A DNA stretch of 64,000 bases from Spirochaetaceae bacterium (GTDB lineage Bacteria > Spirochaetota > Spirochaetia > DSM-27196 > SKKC01), in assembly GCA_046542845.1 (NCBI GenBank), contig JBKHAN010000011.1, positions 2,537 through 66,536 of the forward strand, in the 5' to 3' direction. The notes under the pieces were generated by a model. That model was not told the DNA's origin, did not search any database, and saw only the letters and a program-made list of their open reading frames with translations. Below are positions 55,877 to 64,000 of the stretch, one piece after another. Positions within the stretch are counted from its first letter, which is position 1. The number at the start of each line of letters is the position of its first letter. Made by a program: the position numbers and the translations under genes.

Positions 55877-57103
55877 TCAGGGCTGCCGGTCCGGTGGCAG
55901 CAGCACGGTGTGTATCCTGACCCCGCGCTCGCGTGCATCCGAAATAACGCTTTCGAGGTTGACCTGACCGCGCGGAACCGGGTGTGGCGGAGCGTCGCCG
56001 AGCAGCACAATGTGGCGCTCGTCGGTTTGCCAGTCGTACCCGTGAATAGCCGCGTGCAGCGCCTCGTGAACCGCCTCGGGAACGTCGCCACCCCCACCGA
56101 CTGCCACATGCTCGAAAGCCTCGCGAATAGCGTCTGCGTCGCGTTCCATTGGCATGACACGGTTGAGGTACACCGAGAAATAGTCCTTGAACAGCGTAAC
56201 GCCTACGGCAAGATCGGGAATACGCTCGTACAGCGCATCGACTGCCGCGGGTAGCTCGGTTCGTACCGTGTCCACCCAGACGCCCATGCTCCCGGTCGCG
56301 TCGACTACAAGGACAACCTCGGCCGCAGGACCTGCGTCCTCTACGGGATCGAGCACTGCGGCAACCAGATCATTCGCATCGAAGATGTAACGCTCGTCAC
56401 CGTCGGTCGCCTCCGCGAGTCGGCGGAACTCGGTAACCGCCCCGTCGTCGAGGCTCTCGTCGGCCGGTGGCGACTCGACCACTCGCTCCCGCACTTCCGG
56501 TTCGGGTTCGGGTTCGGGTTCCGGCTCCGGTTCGGGCTCCGGTTCGGGCTCCGGTTCGGGTTCGGGTTCCGGTTGGGGGGGGCGCTGGACAAAGGCGACC
56601 CGCATTCGAAAGGGGTTGTCGGCAAACCCGCCGCTGTAGTCACCATAGGGCAGCTGGAAGGTGCGAACACCAAGCCAGGTGCCATCGCCCACCGAGATGC
56701 TGCCCTCGCGCGACCAGGGATAGCCGTACACAACCGTTTCGGGTATGAACAGCTCGAACGCGGTTCCGAGACGGTCGTGGGGACGAACCGTGGACGAGAT
56801 AATGGACCGGGCGGTGTCCGACTCGTCGAGCACTTCCCCGTTGAGCAGCCGCTGTTCATCCTCAAGCAGCGGGTGTTCCACAGGGCTCCTGAGTGCGAAC
56901 GACGCTTCCTGACGTTCAGGGTCTTCGGTTGATTCGGTCAAAAGGACCGATCCGACGCCGGGAAGCGCGCGTACCGAGAGTATATAGCCACCATCGGTCG
57001 CCCGGATTGCGAGATCATTCCCGCTGAGCTCAAGCCCGGCTACCGGGAGGGCGATTACTGACACCAGCGCTACAAGCGCCGCAAGACGGTCTCTGGTACG
57101 CAT
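55877..57103 (-). CDS. Secreted von Willebrand factor A (VWA) domain protein with an internal (Pro-Glu)13 linker
   Basis: It has a signal peptide, an unassigned ~170-aa N-domain, a (PE)13 linker, then VLVVDATGSM (DxTxS MIDAS) and VVLLGDAPPH. Confidence 0.8.
   Translation of the reverse strand: MRTRDRLAALVALVSVIALPVAGLELSGNDLAIRATDGGYILSVRALPGVGSVLLTESTEDPERQEASFALRSPVEHPLLEDEQRLLNGEVLDESDTARSIISSTVRPHDRLGTAFELFIPETVVYGYPWSREGSISVGDGTWLGVRTFQLPYGDYSGGFADNPFRMRVAFVQRPPQPEPEPEPEPEPEPEPEPEPEPEPEPEVRERVVESPPADESLDDGAVTEFRRLAEATDGDERYIFDANDLVAAVLDPVEDAGPAAEVVLVVDATGSMGVWVDTVRTELPAAVDALYERIPDLAVGVTLFKDYFSVYLNRVMPMERDADAIREAFEHVAVGGGGDVPEAVHEALHAAIHGYDWQTDERHIVLLGDAPPHPVPRGQVNLESVISDARERGVRIHTVLLPPDRQP
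56495..56572 (-). repeat. Imperfect hexanucleotide tandem repeat (CCN-GAR)x13 encoding (PE)13, immediately followed by a C8 (plus-strand G8) homopolymer at 56575..56582
   Basis: Read directly from the sequence: ttccgg ttcggg ttcggg ttcggg ttccgg ctccgg ttcggg ctccgg ... ttccgg ttg gggggggg. Confidence 0.95.
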
Positions 57104-57150
57104 GTATAGATTTTCGGCGTGTTTATGGTCACTTGTTACGATGGAAGACT

Positions 57151-57627
57151 TTACTCTACCGTCGCCGGGAGCCAGGAACCCCGGTCCCCGGGCAGGGCAT
57201 TCCGGAAGAAATCAAAATCGTCAAGAAACGTAAGCACGAAATCGCAGATATCGAGCGGCGAACCCGAGTCCCAGGCAAATATCAGCGTCTCACCCTCGTG
57301 TTCGAGCACCCTGACCTCACGCATGGGCTCGTCGATGCGCTGAAGCTCGCGAGTGCCGCAGGCATCGATTTCAGGATTCCCGGGCAAGGGGAGCTCGGAT
57401 GCCGTGTAGTAGACATCGAGGGCGGTACCCTCGACTTCGTACCGCGCGCTGTGATAGGGCACTACAGTACGGGGAAAGATCTCGATACCGACAACACGCC
57501 GTGGAGCCTCCACGAGCACCCCGGTCGCGGCACCAAGAGGCAGCGCCGCCACCACAGCAAGCAGCAGCGCTGCCGCCGGCTTACTCCACGGTGACGCTTT
57601 TTGCGAGATTCCTTGGCTGGTCAACAT
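57151..57627 (-). CDS. Hypothetical secreted protein
   Basis: 158-aa ORF with signal-peptide-like KPAAALLLAVVAALPLGAATG and balanced composition. Its start (ATG 57627 or TTG 57624) lies inside the 3' end of glmS, and there is no SD. Confidence 0.45.
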   Translation of the reverse strand: MLTSQGISQKASPWSKPAAALLLAVVAALPLGAATGVLVEAPRRVVGIEIFPRTVVPYHSARYEVEGTALDVYYTASELPLPGNPEIDACGTRELQRIDEPMREVRVLEHEGETLIFAWDSGSPLDICDFVLTFLDDFDFFRNALPGDRGSWLPATVE

Positions 57628-59407
57628 CTCTGCCGAGTTCCAGGGCGGTGTAATAGGCGAACAGCTGAAGCGGAACGACGGTCAGATACGGGTAGAGCAG
57701 CTCGTTCGTCCTCGGGACAAACATGACGTCGTCGGCAATATCGGCGAGTTCGTTGTCGCCGTCCACCCCAAGCGCTATGACCTTCCCGTTTCTCGCTTTC
57801 ACTTCTTTCATGTTCGAGATGACCTTATCGCGCAGACCGTCGTCCGGCACGATAAACAGACTCGGTGTCTCCTCGTTAATGAGCGCAATTGGCCCATGCT
57901 TGATTTCAGCTGCGCTGTAGCCCTCCGCGTGGATGTAGCTGATTTCCTTCAGCTTGAGCGCTCCCTCAAGCGCCACCGGATAGTTGATTCCCCGCCCGAG
58001 GAAAAGAAAATTCTTTGCGTGAGCGTACTTTTTCGCGAGTTCCTGAACGTGCTCGGTTCGCGTCAGCACCTCCTGCACCAGGTCGGGAATGCGCTCGAGG
58101 TCGTTCATGAAGCGGAGGCCCGCTTCGTAGCTCATGTGGCGCATGCGGGCGAGGAGCAGCGTGAACAGGTACAGCGCGCTGAGCTGACTCGTGAAGGCTT
58201 TCGTGGAAGCCACCGCGATCTCCGGGCCCGAGTGTATGTACACGCCCCCGTCGCTTTCGCGGGGAATCGTGGAACCCACCACGTTACAGATTCCGAGCAC
58301 TCGGGCGCCTTTGCGCTGAAGTTCGCGCATCGCGTACAGCGTATCCGCGGTCTCGCCGCTCTGACTCACGGCGAAATAGACGTTGTTGCGTTCGACTATG
58401 GGGTTGCGGTAGCGGAGTTCGCTCGCGAGCTCGCTGCCCGCCGGCACGCGAGCGAGGCCCTCAAGCGCGTACGCTGCGACAAGACCGGCGTGATAGCTTG
58501 TTCCGGCCGCTATGATTTTGACGCGTTCGATATCGAGAAGCTCACGACTCGTCATGTTCAGACCACCGAGATGCGCGGTTGCATTCTCCGGTTCGAGACG
58601 ACCCTGAATAGCCCGAAGGATGCTCTCGGGCTGTTCAAAGATCTCCTTCTGCATGTAATGGTCGTAGCCGTTCTTCTCGATTTCCTCGATCTGCCAGCCG
58701 ATAACCTGTAGCTCCCGGTCTATGGGCTTGTCCCTGAGGTCTGTGGTCCGGTAGCCTTCGGCGGTAACTCGAACAACTTCCCCGTCTTCGATGTAGAGCA
58801 CCTGCTTGGTGTGCTCAACGAGCGCGGTCACATCGCTTGCGAGAAGCATTTCCCCGTCACCCACCCCGACGACCAGCGGAGAACCGTTTCGGGCCCCCAC
58901 GATCACTCCCGGCTCGCGCACGTGCATGGCAAGAATGCCGTAGGTACCCTTCAGAAGTGCCACCGCCTGCTTGACGGAGCCCTCAAGATCTCCGTCGTAC
59001 AGGTCCGCGAGGAGGTGTGCAATGACCTCGCTGTCTGTCTCGGAGGTAAACACGAAGCCTTTCTGCTCGAGTCGTTGCTTGAGCGAACTGTAGTTTTCGA
59101 TGATGCCGTTGTGGACTATGCACACCTCTCCTCTGACGTCGGTATGCGGGTGGGCATTGTAGTCCGATACGCTGCCGTGGGTCGCCCACCGGGTGTGCCC
59201 GATACCCGTACTGCCGGGGAGATCGACCGGAACGGTCTTTCTGAGGTCAAGGATTTTCCCCTTCTTCTTTATGACCTTATGGCGGCCGTCAACGCCGAGC
59301 ACCCCGATGCCCGCCGAGTCATATCCCCGGTATTCGAGACGCTTGAGCCCCTCGATAAGAATGGGCGCCGCCACTTTTGGCCCGCAATAACCGATTATTC
59401 CACACAT
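57581..59407 (-). CDS. glmS: Glutamine--fructose-6-phosphate aminotransferase
   Basis: The N-terminal nucleophile reads MCGIIGY. Two SIS domains are present. The C-terminus ends in VTVE. Length is 608 aa. Confidence 0.97.
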   Translation of the reverse strand: MCGIIGYCGPKVAAPILIEGLKRLEYRGYDSAGIGVLGVDGRHKVIKKKGKILDLRKTVPVDLPGSTGIGHTRWATHGSVSDYNAHPHTDVRGEVCIVHNGIIENYSSLKQRLEQKGFVFTSETDSEVIAHLLADLYDGDLEGSVKQAVALLKGTYGILAMHVREPGVIVGARNGSPLVVGVGDGEMLLASDVTALVEHTKQVLYIEDGEVVRVTAEGYRTTDLRDKPIDRELQVIGWQIEEIEKNGYDHYMQKEIFEQPESILRAIQGRLEPENATAHLGGLNMTSRELLDIERVKIIAAGTSYHAGLVAAYALEGLARVPAGSELASELRYRNPIVERNNVYFAVSQSGETADTLYAMRELQRKGARVLGICNVVGSTIPRESDGGVYIHSGPEIAVASTKAFTSQLSALYLFTLLLARMRHMSYEAGLRFMNDLERIPDLVQEVLTRTEHVQELAKKYAHAKNFLFLGRGINYPVALEGALKLKEISYIHAEGYSAAEIKHGPIALINEETPSLFIVPDDGLRDKVISNMKEVKARNGKVIALGVDGDNELADIADDVMFVPRTNELLYPYLTVVPLQLFAYYTALELGRDVDQPRNLAKSVTVE

Positions 59408-59445
59408 GACACACTCCGATTTCTATTCGCTTCGTTTCCGTTTAA

Positions 59446-60063
59446 TCAGGTACCGATTCCGGCTTCGCTTCGAAGAGCCGACTGCTGTTCCAGACTGATG
59501 TTTTCGCCGTCTTCACGGTACACCGATGCGGCGACGAGTTGCTTAAGCACAGTGTCGACAATATCACGGTCGACCCCAAGGTTTCTCGTAATCTCGTCGA
59601 TAATCGTTTCCCTCGGCACCTGACCTTCGCCCGGTTGCTCGAGCGAACGTACATAGAGGTTCATGGCGATCATACGACGGAAATTTGCGTTCACCATGGT
59701 ATCGATGCGGTCATTCGCACCCTGAAGGCGCCGGCAGAGTTTATCTATAATGCTCATGGCGATCTTGCTGTTCTTGGAGATGAGCCCCTGGAAACCCTGA
59801 CGGTCGAAGGCGAGCAGTTCCACCTCACCGACCGCACGGGCGCTCGCAGTTCGTTTAACCCAGCTGACTATGGCCATTTCCCCGAAAAACTCACCGCGCT
59901 GAAGCTGTGCGAGCTCTACCTGCCTGCCGCTAATGCGTTTGGTGATGCTGACAGTGCCATCCTGTACAATGAACATGAGTGTCCCGTTTTCGCCCTCCTC
60001 GAAAATCGTCTCTCCAGGAGCAAAGGTCTGTCCGTACTGCTCAAATAACTTCGACCCGGCCAT
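59446..60063 (-). CDS. Crp/Fnr-family regulator (cNMP-binding domain + C-terminal HTH-like region)
   Basis: GEFFGEMAIV....RTASARAVGEVELL is a cNMP pocket motif. RETIIDEITRNLGVDRDIVDTVLKQL looks HTH-like. Confidence 0.8.
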   Translation of the reverse strand: MAGSKLFEQYGQTFAPGETIFEEGENGTLMFIVQDGTVSITKRISGRQVELAQLQRGEFFGEMAIVSWVKRTASARAVGEVELLAFDRQGFQGLISKNSKIAMSIIDKLCRRLQGANDRIDTMVNANFRRMIAMNLYVRSLEQPGEGQVPRETIIDEITRNLGVDRDIVDTVLKQLVAASVYREDGENISLEQQSALRSEAGIGT

Positions 60064-60143
60064 AAGAGGTCACCCCTACCGTGCAATAATTACAATCAGG
60101 ATGGCGTTGTCACGCGTACAACTCTATACAAGGAGTTGATCCC

Positions 60144-61229
60144 ATGATGCCACAGAAACCCGTGTCCCGACAACGCCGCCTGCTCCTCGTGAGCCTCGTC
60201 ACTACCACCATTCTCGCCTGCTCACCTCCGCGTGACCTTCGTCCCGACCTGAACACGGACGTATGGCCACCACGCCTGTTTTCCGCTTCGATGGTCTCAA
60301 GCAACGAGCTGGTTCTCCAGTTCGACAAAGTCGTCGAGGTAGTCGACAACTCGCTTGTTGTCGACGTTGTGAACGAAGCAGAGGAAGATCAGCGCGGTCA
60401 CGAAGAGCTGCCCGCGATACGAGTTTCAGCCGACGGAGACGAGCAGGTGACCCTGGCCTTCGACCGACCCACGCGCCCCGGCATCAGGTATTCCGTCGGC
60501 GCGGCGGTGGAGGACCCGCAGGGAAACAGCCTGCAGCTGGTTGCCTTTGCCTACGGGTACAACGAGCGCATCCCCGAGCTGCAGATCAACGAGTTCACGA
60601 CCAGGCGCAGCTCGAATCATCCGGAGATTGCAGAGGTCCTCGTTCTCTCAGACGGAAATCTTGGCGGACTCGTTGTCACCAACGGGACCCGCAGCGAGTA
60701 CATAGACCGCTTTATATTTCCATCCGTGGAGGTCGAAGGCGGCGACTATATCCTGCTGCACTTCCGCCCCGAAGGCGAGCCGCACGAAATATCCGAGTAC
60801 GGGGAGCGCACAGACCGCTCCGGAGGCCTGAATGCACAGGACTCCGCGCGCGATATATGGATCACCGGCGCCGGCGGATTACCGGGCAACAACGGCGTAC
60901 TCGCGATCTGGGAGCATCCCGCAGGCGAGGCGATCGACGCTGTGGCGTGGACGAACCGAACCTCGGGAAGCGACGAGCGATACCGCGGATTCGGGAGCAG
61001 CAGAATGGAACGATGGGTAGAAGAGCTGGTGCGTGTCGGTGCCTGGCGAACAGCCGAACCGAACCCCCGCCCGGAAGACCTGATATGGGTAGACTATTCA
61101 ACGGCGACGAGGAGCATGAACCGAAGCCCGGGTGCCCCGAACACCCGGAGCGCCGACGACTGGCACACAGCGCCTACGCGCGGATCGAGCTGGGGAGAAG
61201 AAAACACCACCGAGATTCACGTGCCGTGA
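60144..61229 (+). CDS. Lipoprotein with a lamin-tail-domain (LTD)-like segment
   Basis: The lipobox reads TTILAC. LQINEFTT...PEIAEVLVLSDGNLGGLVV resembles the LTD core (INE...E-x-hydrophobic-E-L...L-x-G). Confidence 0.65.
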   Translation: MMPQKPVSRQRRLLLVSLVTTTILACSPPRDLRPDLNTDVWPPRLFSASMVSSNELVLQFDKVVEVVDNSLVVDVVNEAEEDQRGHEELPAIRVSADGDEQVTLAFDRPTRPGIRYSVGAAVEDPQGNSLQLVAFAYGYNERIPELQINEFTTRRSSNHPEIAEVLVLSDGNLGGLVVTNGTRSEYIDRFIFPSVEVEGGDYILLHFRPEGEPHEISEYGERTDRSGGLNAQDSARDIWITGAGGLPGNNGVLAIWEHPAGEAIDAVAWTNRTSGSDERYRGFGSSRMERWVEELVRVGAWRTAEPNPRPEDLIWVDYSTATRSMNRSPGAPNTRSADDWHTAPTRGSSWGEENTTEIHVP

Positions 61230-61251
61230 ATCGGCGTTGTAATGGTGCCGC

Positions 61252-61596
61252 TTACAGAGCCGCCTTGATCATGTCTTCGATCTGGGGTTTGGGAACCGCG
61301 CCGACCTGCTGCTTTACCACATCACCATTTTTCATGAGAAGAAGCGTGGGAATGCTGACGATGTTGTACTTGCTCGCGAGCTCCGCCTGGGTATCGACGT
61401 CGACCTTACCGATTTTGATCTTGCCGTTATACTGTCCGTCGAGTTCTTCAAGAACCGGCGCGACCATTTTACAGGGCATGCACCAGTCGGCCCAGAAGTC
61501 CAGGAGGACCGGGACGTCCGAGTTTGTCACTTCGCTTTCGAAATTGTCTTTGGTTATTGTTACTTCCATGATTCCCTTATTGTACCGCTTTGCCAT
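61252..61596 (-). CDS. trxA: Thioredoxin (active site WCMPC instead of WCGPC)
   Basis: VLLDFWADWCMPCKMVAPVLEEL and IVSIPTLLLMKNG are present. Length is 114 aa. Confidence 0.9.
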   Translation of the reverse strand: MAKRYNKGIMEVTITKDNFESEVTNSDVPVLLDFWADWCMPCKMVAPVLEELDGQYNGKIKIGKVDVDTQAELASKYNIVSIPTLLLMKNGDVVKQQVGAVPKPQIEDMIKAAL

Positions 61597-61619
61597 CGTC
61601 CCATCAATCGAGCGGCGCC

Positions 61620-62369
61620 TTATTTTCTGCCGAGAAGCGACGTGACGCGGGCGTGAACTGCCTTATACACGTCCTGACGCGACGATTCGGCGATGGTGCG
61701 AACGAACGCACTCCCGACAACCGCAGCCTCGCAATGCGGGGCAAGCGCCGTGACCTGCTCTGCGTCCTGTATGCCGAATCCCGCGAAGATACGGGTGCCG
61801 GACGCTGCGAGTGCTTCAAGGAAACCCATGTTCAGTGCGCCAAGTTCTGTCCGGTTGCCGGTGGTCCCTGTGCGAAGTGCGACATAGGTATACTCCGGTT
61901 TTTTCGAGAGCGCGAGTTCGACCCTGGGTGCTGCCGAGGTTGCGACAAGCACCGGGACACAGGCGATACCCGCGTCGCGGCAGGCCTCATACAGACCTTC
62001 GTCGTAGTCAGGCGGAAGATCCGGCACAATGAGCCCGGCGACCCCGTGATCTCGGGCACGCTCCACGAACGCTTTGACCCCGGGACGATAAATCAGACTC
62101 GCGTAGCTCATGAGAAAGACCGGTACGTCGGTGAACTCACGGAGCTCGTCGAGGAAGGCGAACCCTTCGGCGACCGTAAAGCCCGCATCGAGCGCGGCGC
62201 TGCAGGCCGCCTGAATGGCAGGCCCGTCTGCGGTCGGATCGGAGAATGGGAACTGCACCTCCAGGTAGGACACGCCCGCGTCGACCAGTGCACGAACGGC
62301 GTTCATGCTCTGCTCGCGGTCGGGGTAGAAGGGAATCACATGCGCCATGATCTTCGCCGGTGCATTCAT
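61620..62369 (-). CDS. trpA: Tryptophan synthase alpha chain
   Basis: LEVQFPFSDPTADGPAIQ is present. Start set at ATG 62369, which overlaps the trpB stop (ATGA). Confidence 0.93.
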   Translation of the reverse strand: MNAPAKIMAHVIPFYPDREQSMNAVRALVDAGVSYLEVQFPFSDPTADGPAIQAACSAALDAGFTVAEGFAFLDELREFTDVPVFLMSYASLIYRPGVKAFVERARDHGVAGLIVPDLPPDYDEGLYEACRDAGIACVPVLVATSAAPRVELALSKKPEYTYVALRTGTTGNRTELGALNMGFLEALAASGTRIFAGFGIQDAEQVTALAPHCEAAVVGSAFVRTIAESSRQDVYKAVHARVTSLLGRK

Positions 62370-63589
62370 AGACTGTCGACCTCCTGGCTCAGAAACTCCT
62401 TCCATCGGACCGGATCAAGCTCCCGCGCCGTAATGAACAGATCCTTGTCGCCGCGTCCACTCATGTTTATGACGACAACATCGTCCGACGAAAGCTCTTT
62501 CGCGCGTTTGATGGCTACCATTCCCGCGTGAGCGCTTTCCAAGGCGAAGATCACGCCCTCTTTCCGCGCGAAATACTGCAAGCCCTCAAGCGCCTCGGCG
62601 TCGGTCGCCCGCTCAAATCGTACGCGCCCGGTCTGTCCGAGATGCGCGAGCTGCGGCCCGACGCCCGGGTAGTCGAGCCCCGCGCTCACCGAATGCGTCG
62701 GCATGACCTGTCCATCATCGTTCAGGAGAAACAGACTGCGGTACCCCTGGACGATACCCGGTGTGCCGAGACCGTTCATACGTGCGGCGTGGTCACCCTG
62801 AGCCGCACTCCGCCCACCCGCTTCAACGCCTATGAGTTCGGGCTCGGACTGGTCTATGTACGGCGCAAAAAAACCCATGGCGTTGGAACCACCACCGACG
62901 CAGGTCACAAGCGTTGTCGGGCGAATCCCGAGATCGGACAGCTGTTTGACCACCTCGGACCCGATGACACTCTGAAACTCTCTGACCATGTCCGGGAAGG
63001 GACTCGGGCCAAGCGCGCTGCCAAGGAGGTAGTGCGTGTCGGCGAAGTTGGCAGACCAGTCGCGCATTGCCTCGTTCACGGCATCTTTGAGCGTGCGCGC
63101 ACCGGAGGTTACCGGGACAACCTCCGCCCCGTACATCTCCATCCAGAAGACGTTGGGCTTCTGCCGGCGCATGTCGACCTCACCCATGTATACGCGACAT
63201 TGAAGGCCGAGTTTCGCGCAGACCGCTGCGGTGGCGACCCCGTGCTGCCCGGCGCCGGTCTCTGCAATGATCCGGGGTTTGCCCATGCGCTTCGCAAGGA
63301 GCGCCTGCCCGAGCGCGTTGTTGATCTTGTGCGCACCTGTTGCGGCGAGCCCTTCGAGCTTGATATACACCTGCGCACCACCGACATCCCGGGTCACGTT
63401 CCCGGCGTAGAGAAGCGGTGTCGGGCGCCCGACATAGCTTGAGAGCAAGCTGCGAAACTCGGTCATGAACGCTTCGTCGTTCATCGCATCGATGAAGGCG
63501 TGCTCAAGTTCATCCAGCGGTGAACGCAGCACCTCCGCGACGTACCGGCCACCAAACTCCCCGAAAAAATCGTTATATATGTGCCTCAT
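62366..63589 (-). CDS. trpB: Tryptophan synthase beta chain
   Basis: LAATGAHKINNALGQ (PLP lysine), GGGSNAMG and GLDYPGVGP are present. Confidence 0.96.
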   Translation of the reverse strand: MRHIYNDFFGEFGGRYVAEVLRSPLDELEHAFIDAMNDEAFMTEFRSLLSSYVGRPTPLLYAGNVTRDVGGAQVYIKLEGLAATGAHKINNALGQALLAKRMGKPRIIAETGAGQHGVATAAVCAKLGLQCRVYMGEVDMRRQKPNVFWMEMYGAEVVPVTSGARTLKDAVNEAMRDWSANFADTHYLLGSALGPSPFPDMVREFQSVIGSEVVKQLSDLGIRPTTLVTCVGGGSNAMGFFAPYIDQSEPELIGVEAGGRSAAQGDHAARMNGLGTPGIVQGYRSLFLLNDDGQVMPTHSVSAGLDYPGVGPQLAHLGQTGRVRFERATDAEALEGLQYFARKEGVIFALESAHAGMVAIKRAKELSSDDVVVINMSGRGDKDLFITARELDPVRWKEFLSQEVDSL

Positions 63590-64000
63590 GCCTCCGCCTC
63601 CTGTGCGACAGCCGTCTCGATCTGAGCGAAAAAATCCCTGATCTTCTTCCCATCCTTGAACCCCGATTCGTCTTCCAGCCCACTTGATACGTCAAGAAGC
63701 TCCGGACTGAAACGCCGCACAAGCTCTCCGACATTGTCGGGCCTGATACCGCCGGCAACCCACAGCGGCCCGCGCTCCCGTGCGGCTTCGAGGATTTCCG
63801 GGTCCAGCCGCTTCCCGGTGCCCCCACGCGCGTCGCGACTGAACGCGTCCGCGAGGCATCGAGGACAGTGGAAATCACCCAGCCGCTTTGCGTCATCCGG
63901 AGTACGCAGCTGCATTGCCTTGTAGTAGGGAAAAGCGAGAGGAGCGCACTCGTCGGGCTCTTCGTCGCCATGGAGCTGCACGGCATCCAGATAGCCGCCG
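63586..64000 (-). CDS. trpF: Phosphoribosylanthranilate isomerase, C-terminal part (5' end beyond the right edge)
   Basis: The reading frame is open to base 64000 (...GGYLDAVQLHGDEEP...). LWVAGGIRPDNV and LDVSSGLE are present. The stop overlaps the trpB ATG (ATGA). The track start 63981 is an internal GTG. Confidence 0.85.
   Translation of the reverse strand, partial: GGYLDAVQLHGDEEPDECAPLAFPYYKAMQLRTPDDAKRLGDFHCPRCLADAFSRDARGGTGKRLDPEILEAARERGPLWVAGGIRPDNVGELVRRFSPELLDVSSGLEDESGFKDGKKIRDFFAQIETAVAQEAEA

Noticed and set aside
56495-56572. A tandem repeat as a possible CRISPR or non-coding satellite.
   Set aside because: The unit is 6 nt with no spacers, and it lies in frame inside a well-supported CDS, where it encodes (PE)13.
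59408-59445. A glmS ribozyme upstream of glmS.
   Set aside because: Only 38 nt separate glmS from the preceding CDS, which is far too short for the ribozyme core (more than 150 nt).
60263-61645. A 460-aa plus-strand ORF.
   Set aside because: It is an Arg-rich alternative frame of the lipoprotein gene that then runs antisense through trxA. No motifs are present.

Overview
GC-rich, densely packed bacterial chromosomal segment with about 60 protein genes. I found no rRNA, tRNA, CRISPR array, transposase, integrase or phage gene. Most of the window is core metabolism and housekeeping: thrS, ldhA, glgX, yajC-secD-secF, a monocistronic groEL, birA, argR-argC-argB-argD-argG, pgi, serC, cdd, galE, hflX, ogt, hom, glmS, trxA and trpF-trpB-trpA. 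Signalling and envelope genes are interspersed: a hybrid histidine kinase plus a receiver-kinase, a diadenylate-cyclase fusion, an MBL-fold protein with two cNMP-binding modules, a Crp-like regulator, an MCP-like protein with cheD, a ParA/MinD-like ATPase, and a VWA/TPR/lipoprotein cluster. Many neighbouring genes are joined by ATGA start/stop overlaps. The GroEL sequence style, groEL unlinked from groES, a ThrRS without a TGS domain and a solitary cheD suggest a free-living high-GC spirochaete, but that is inference and needs a database search. Two genes run off the window edges and are missing or truncated in the ORF track: a GH2 beta-mannosidase at 1..764 and trpF at 63586..64000. The items most worth follow-up are:
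- a three-module EIIA / PK-C-like / DAC protein, convergent with an MBL + 2x cNMP-binding protein
- a well-formed T-box-type antiterminator/terminator leader in front of thrS
- an orphan promoter-terminator pair enclosing a structured ~135-nt candidate sRNA
- a perfect 21-bp palindrome in place of CIRCE upstream of groEL
- an orphan ParA-like ATPase with a long uncharacterised C-terminal domain
- a soluble, degenerate MCP-like protein coupled to cheD
- a hybrid kinase whose receiver has Glu at the phospho-acceptor position
- a VWA protein carrying a (PE)13 hexanucleotide repeat next to a C8 homopolymer.
All family assignments come from motifs read by eye. No searches or folding programs were run.
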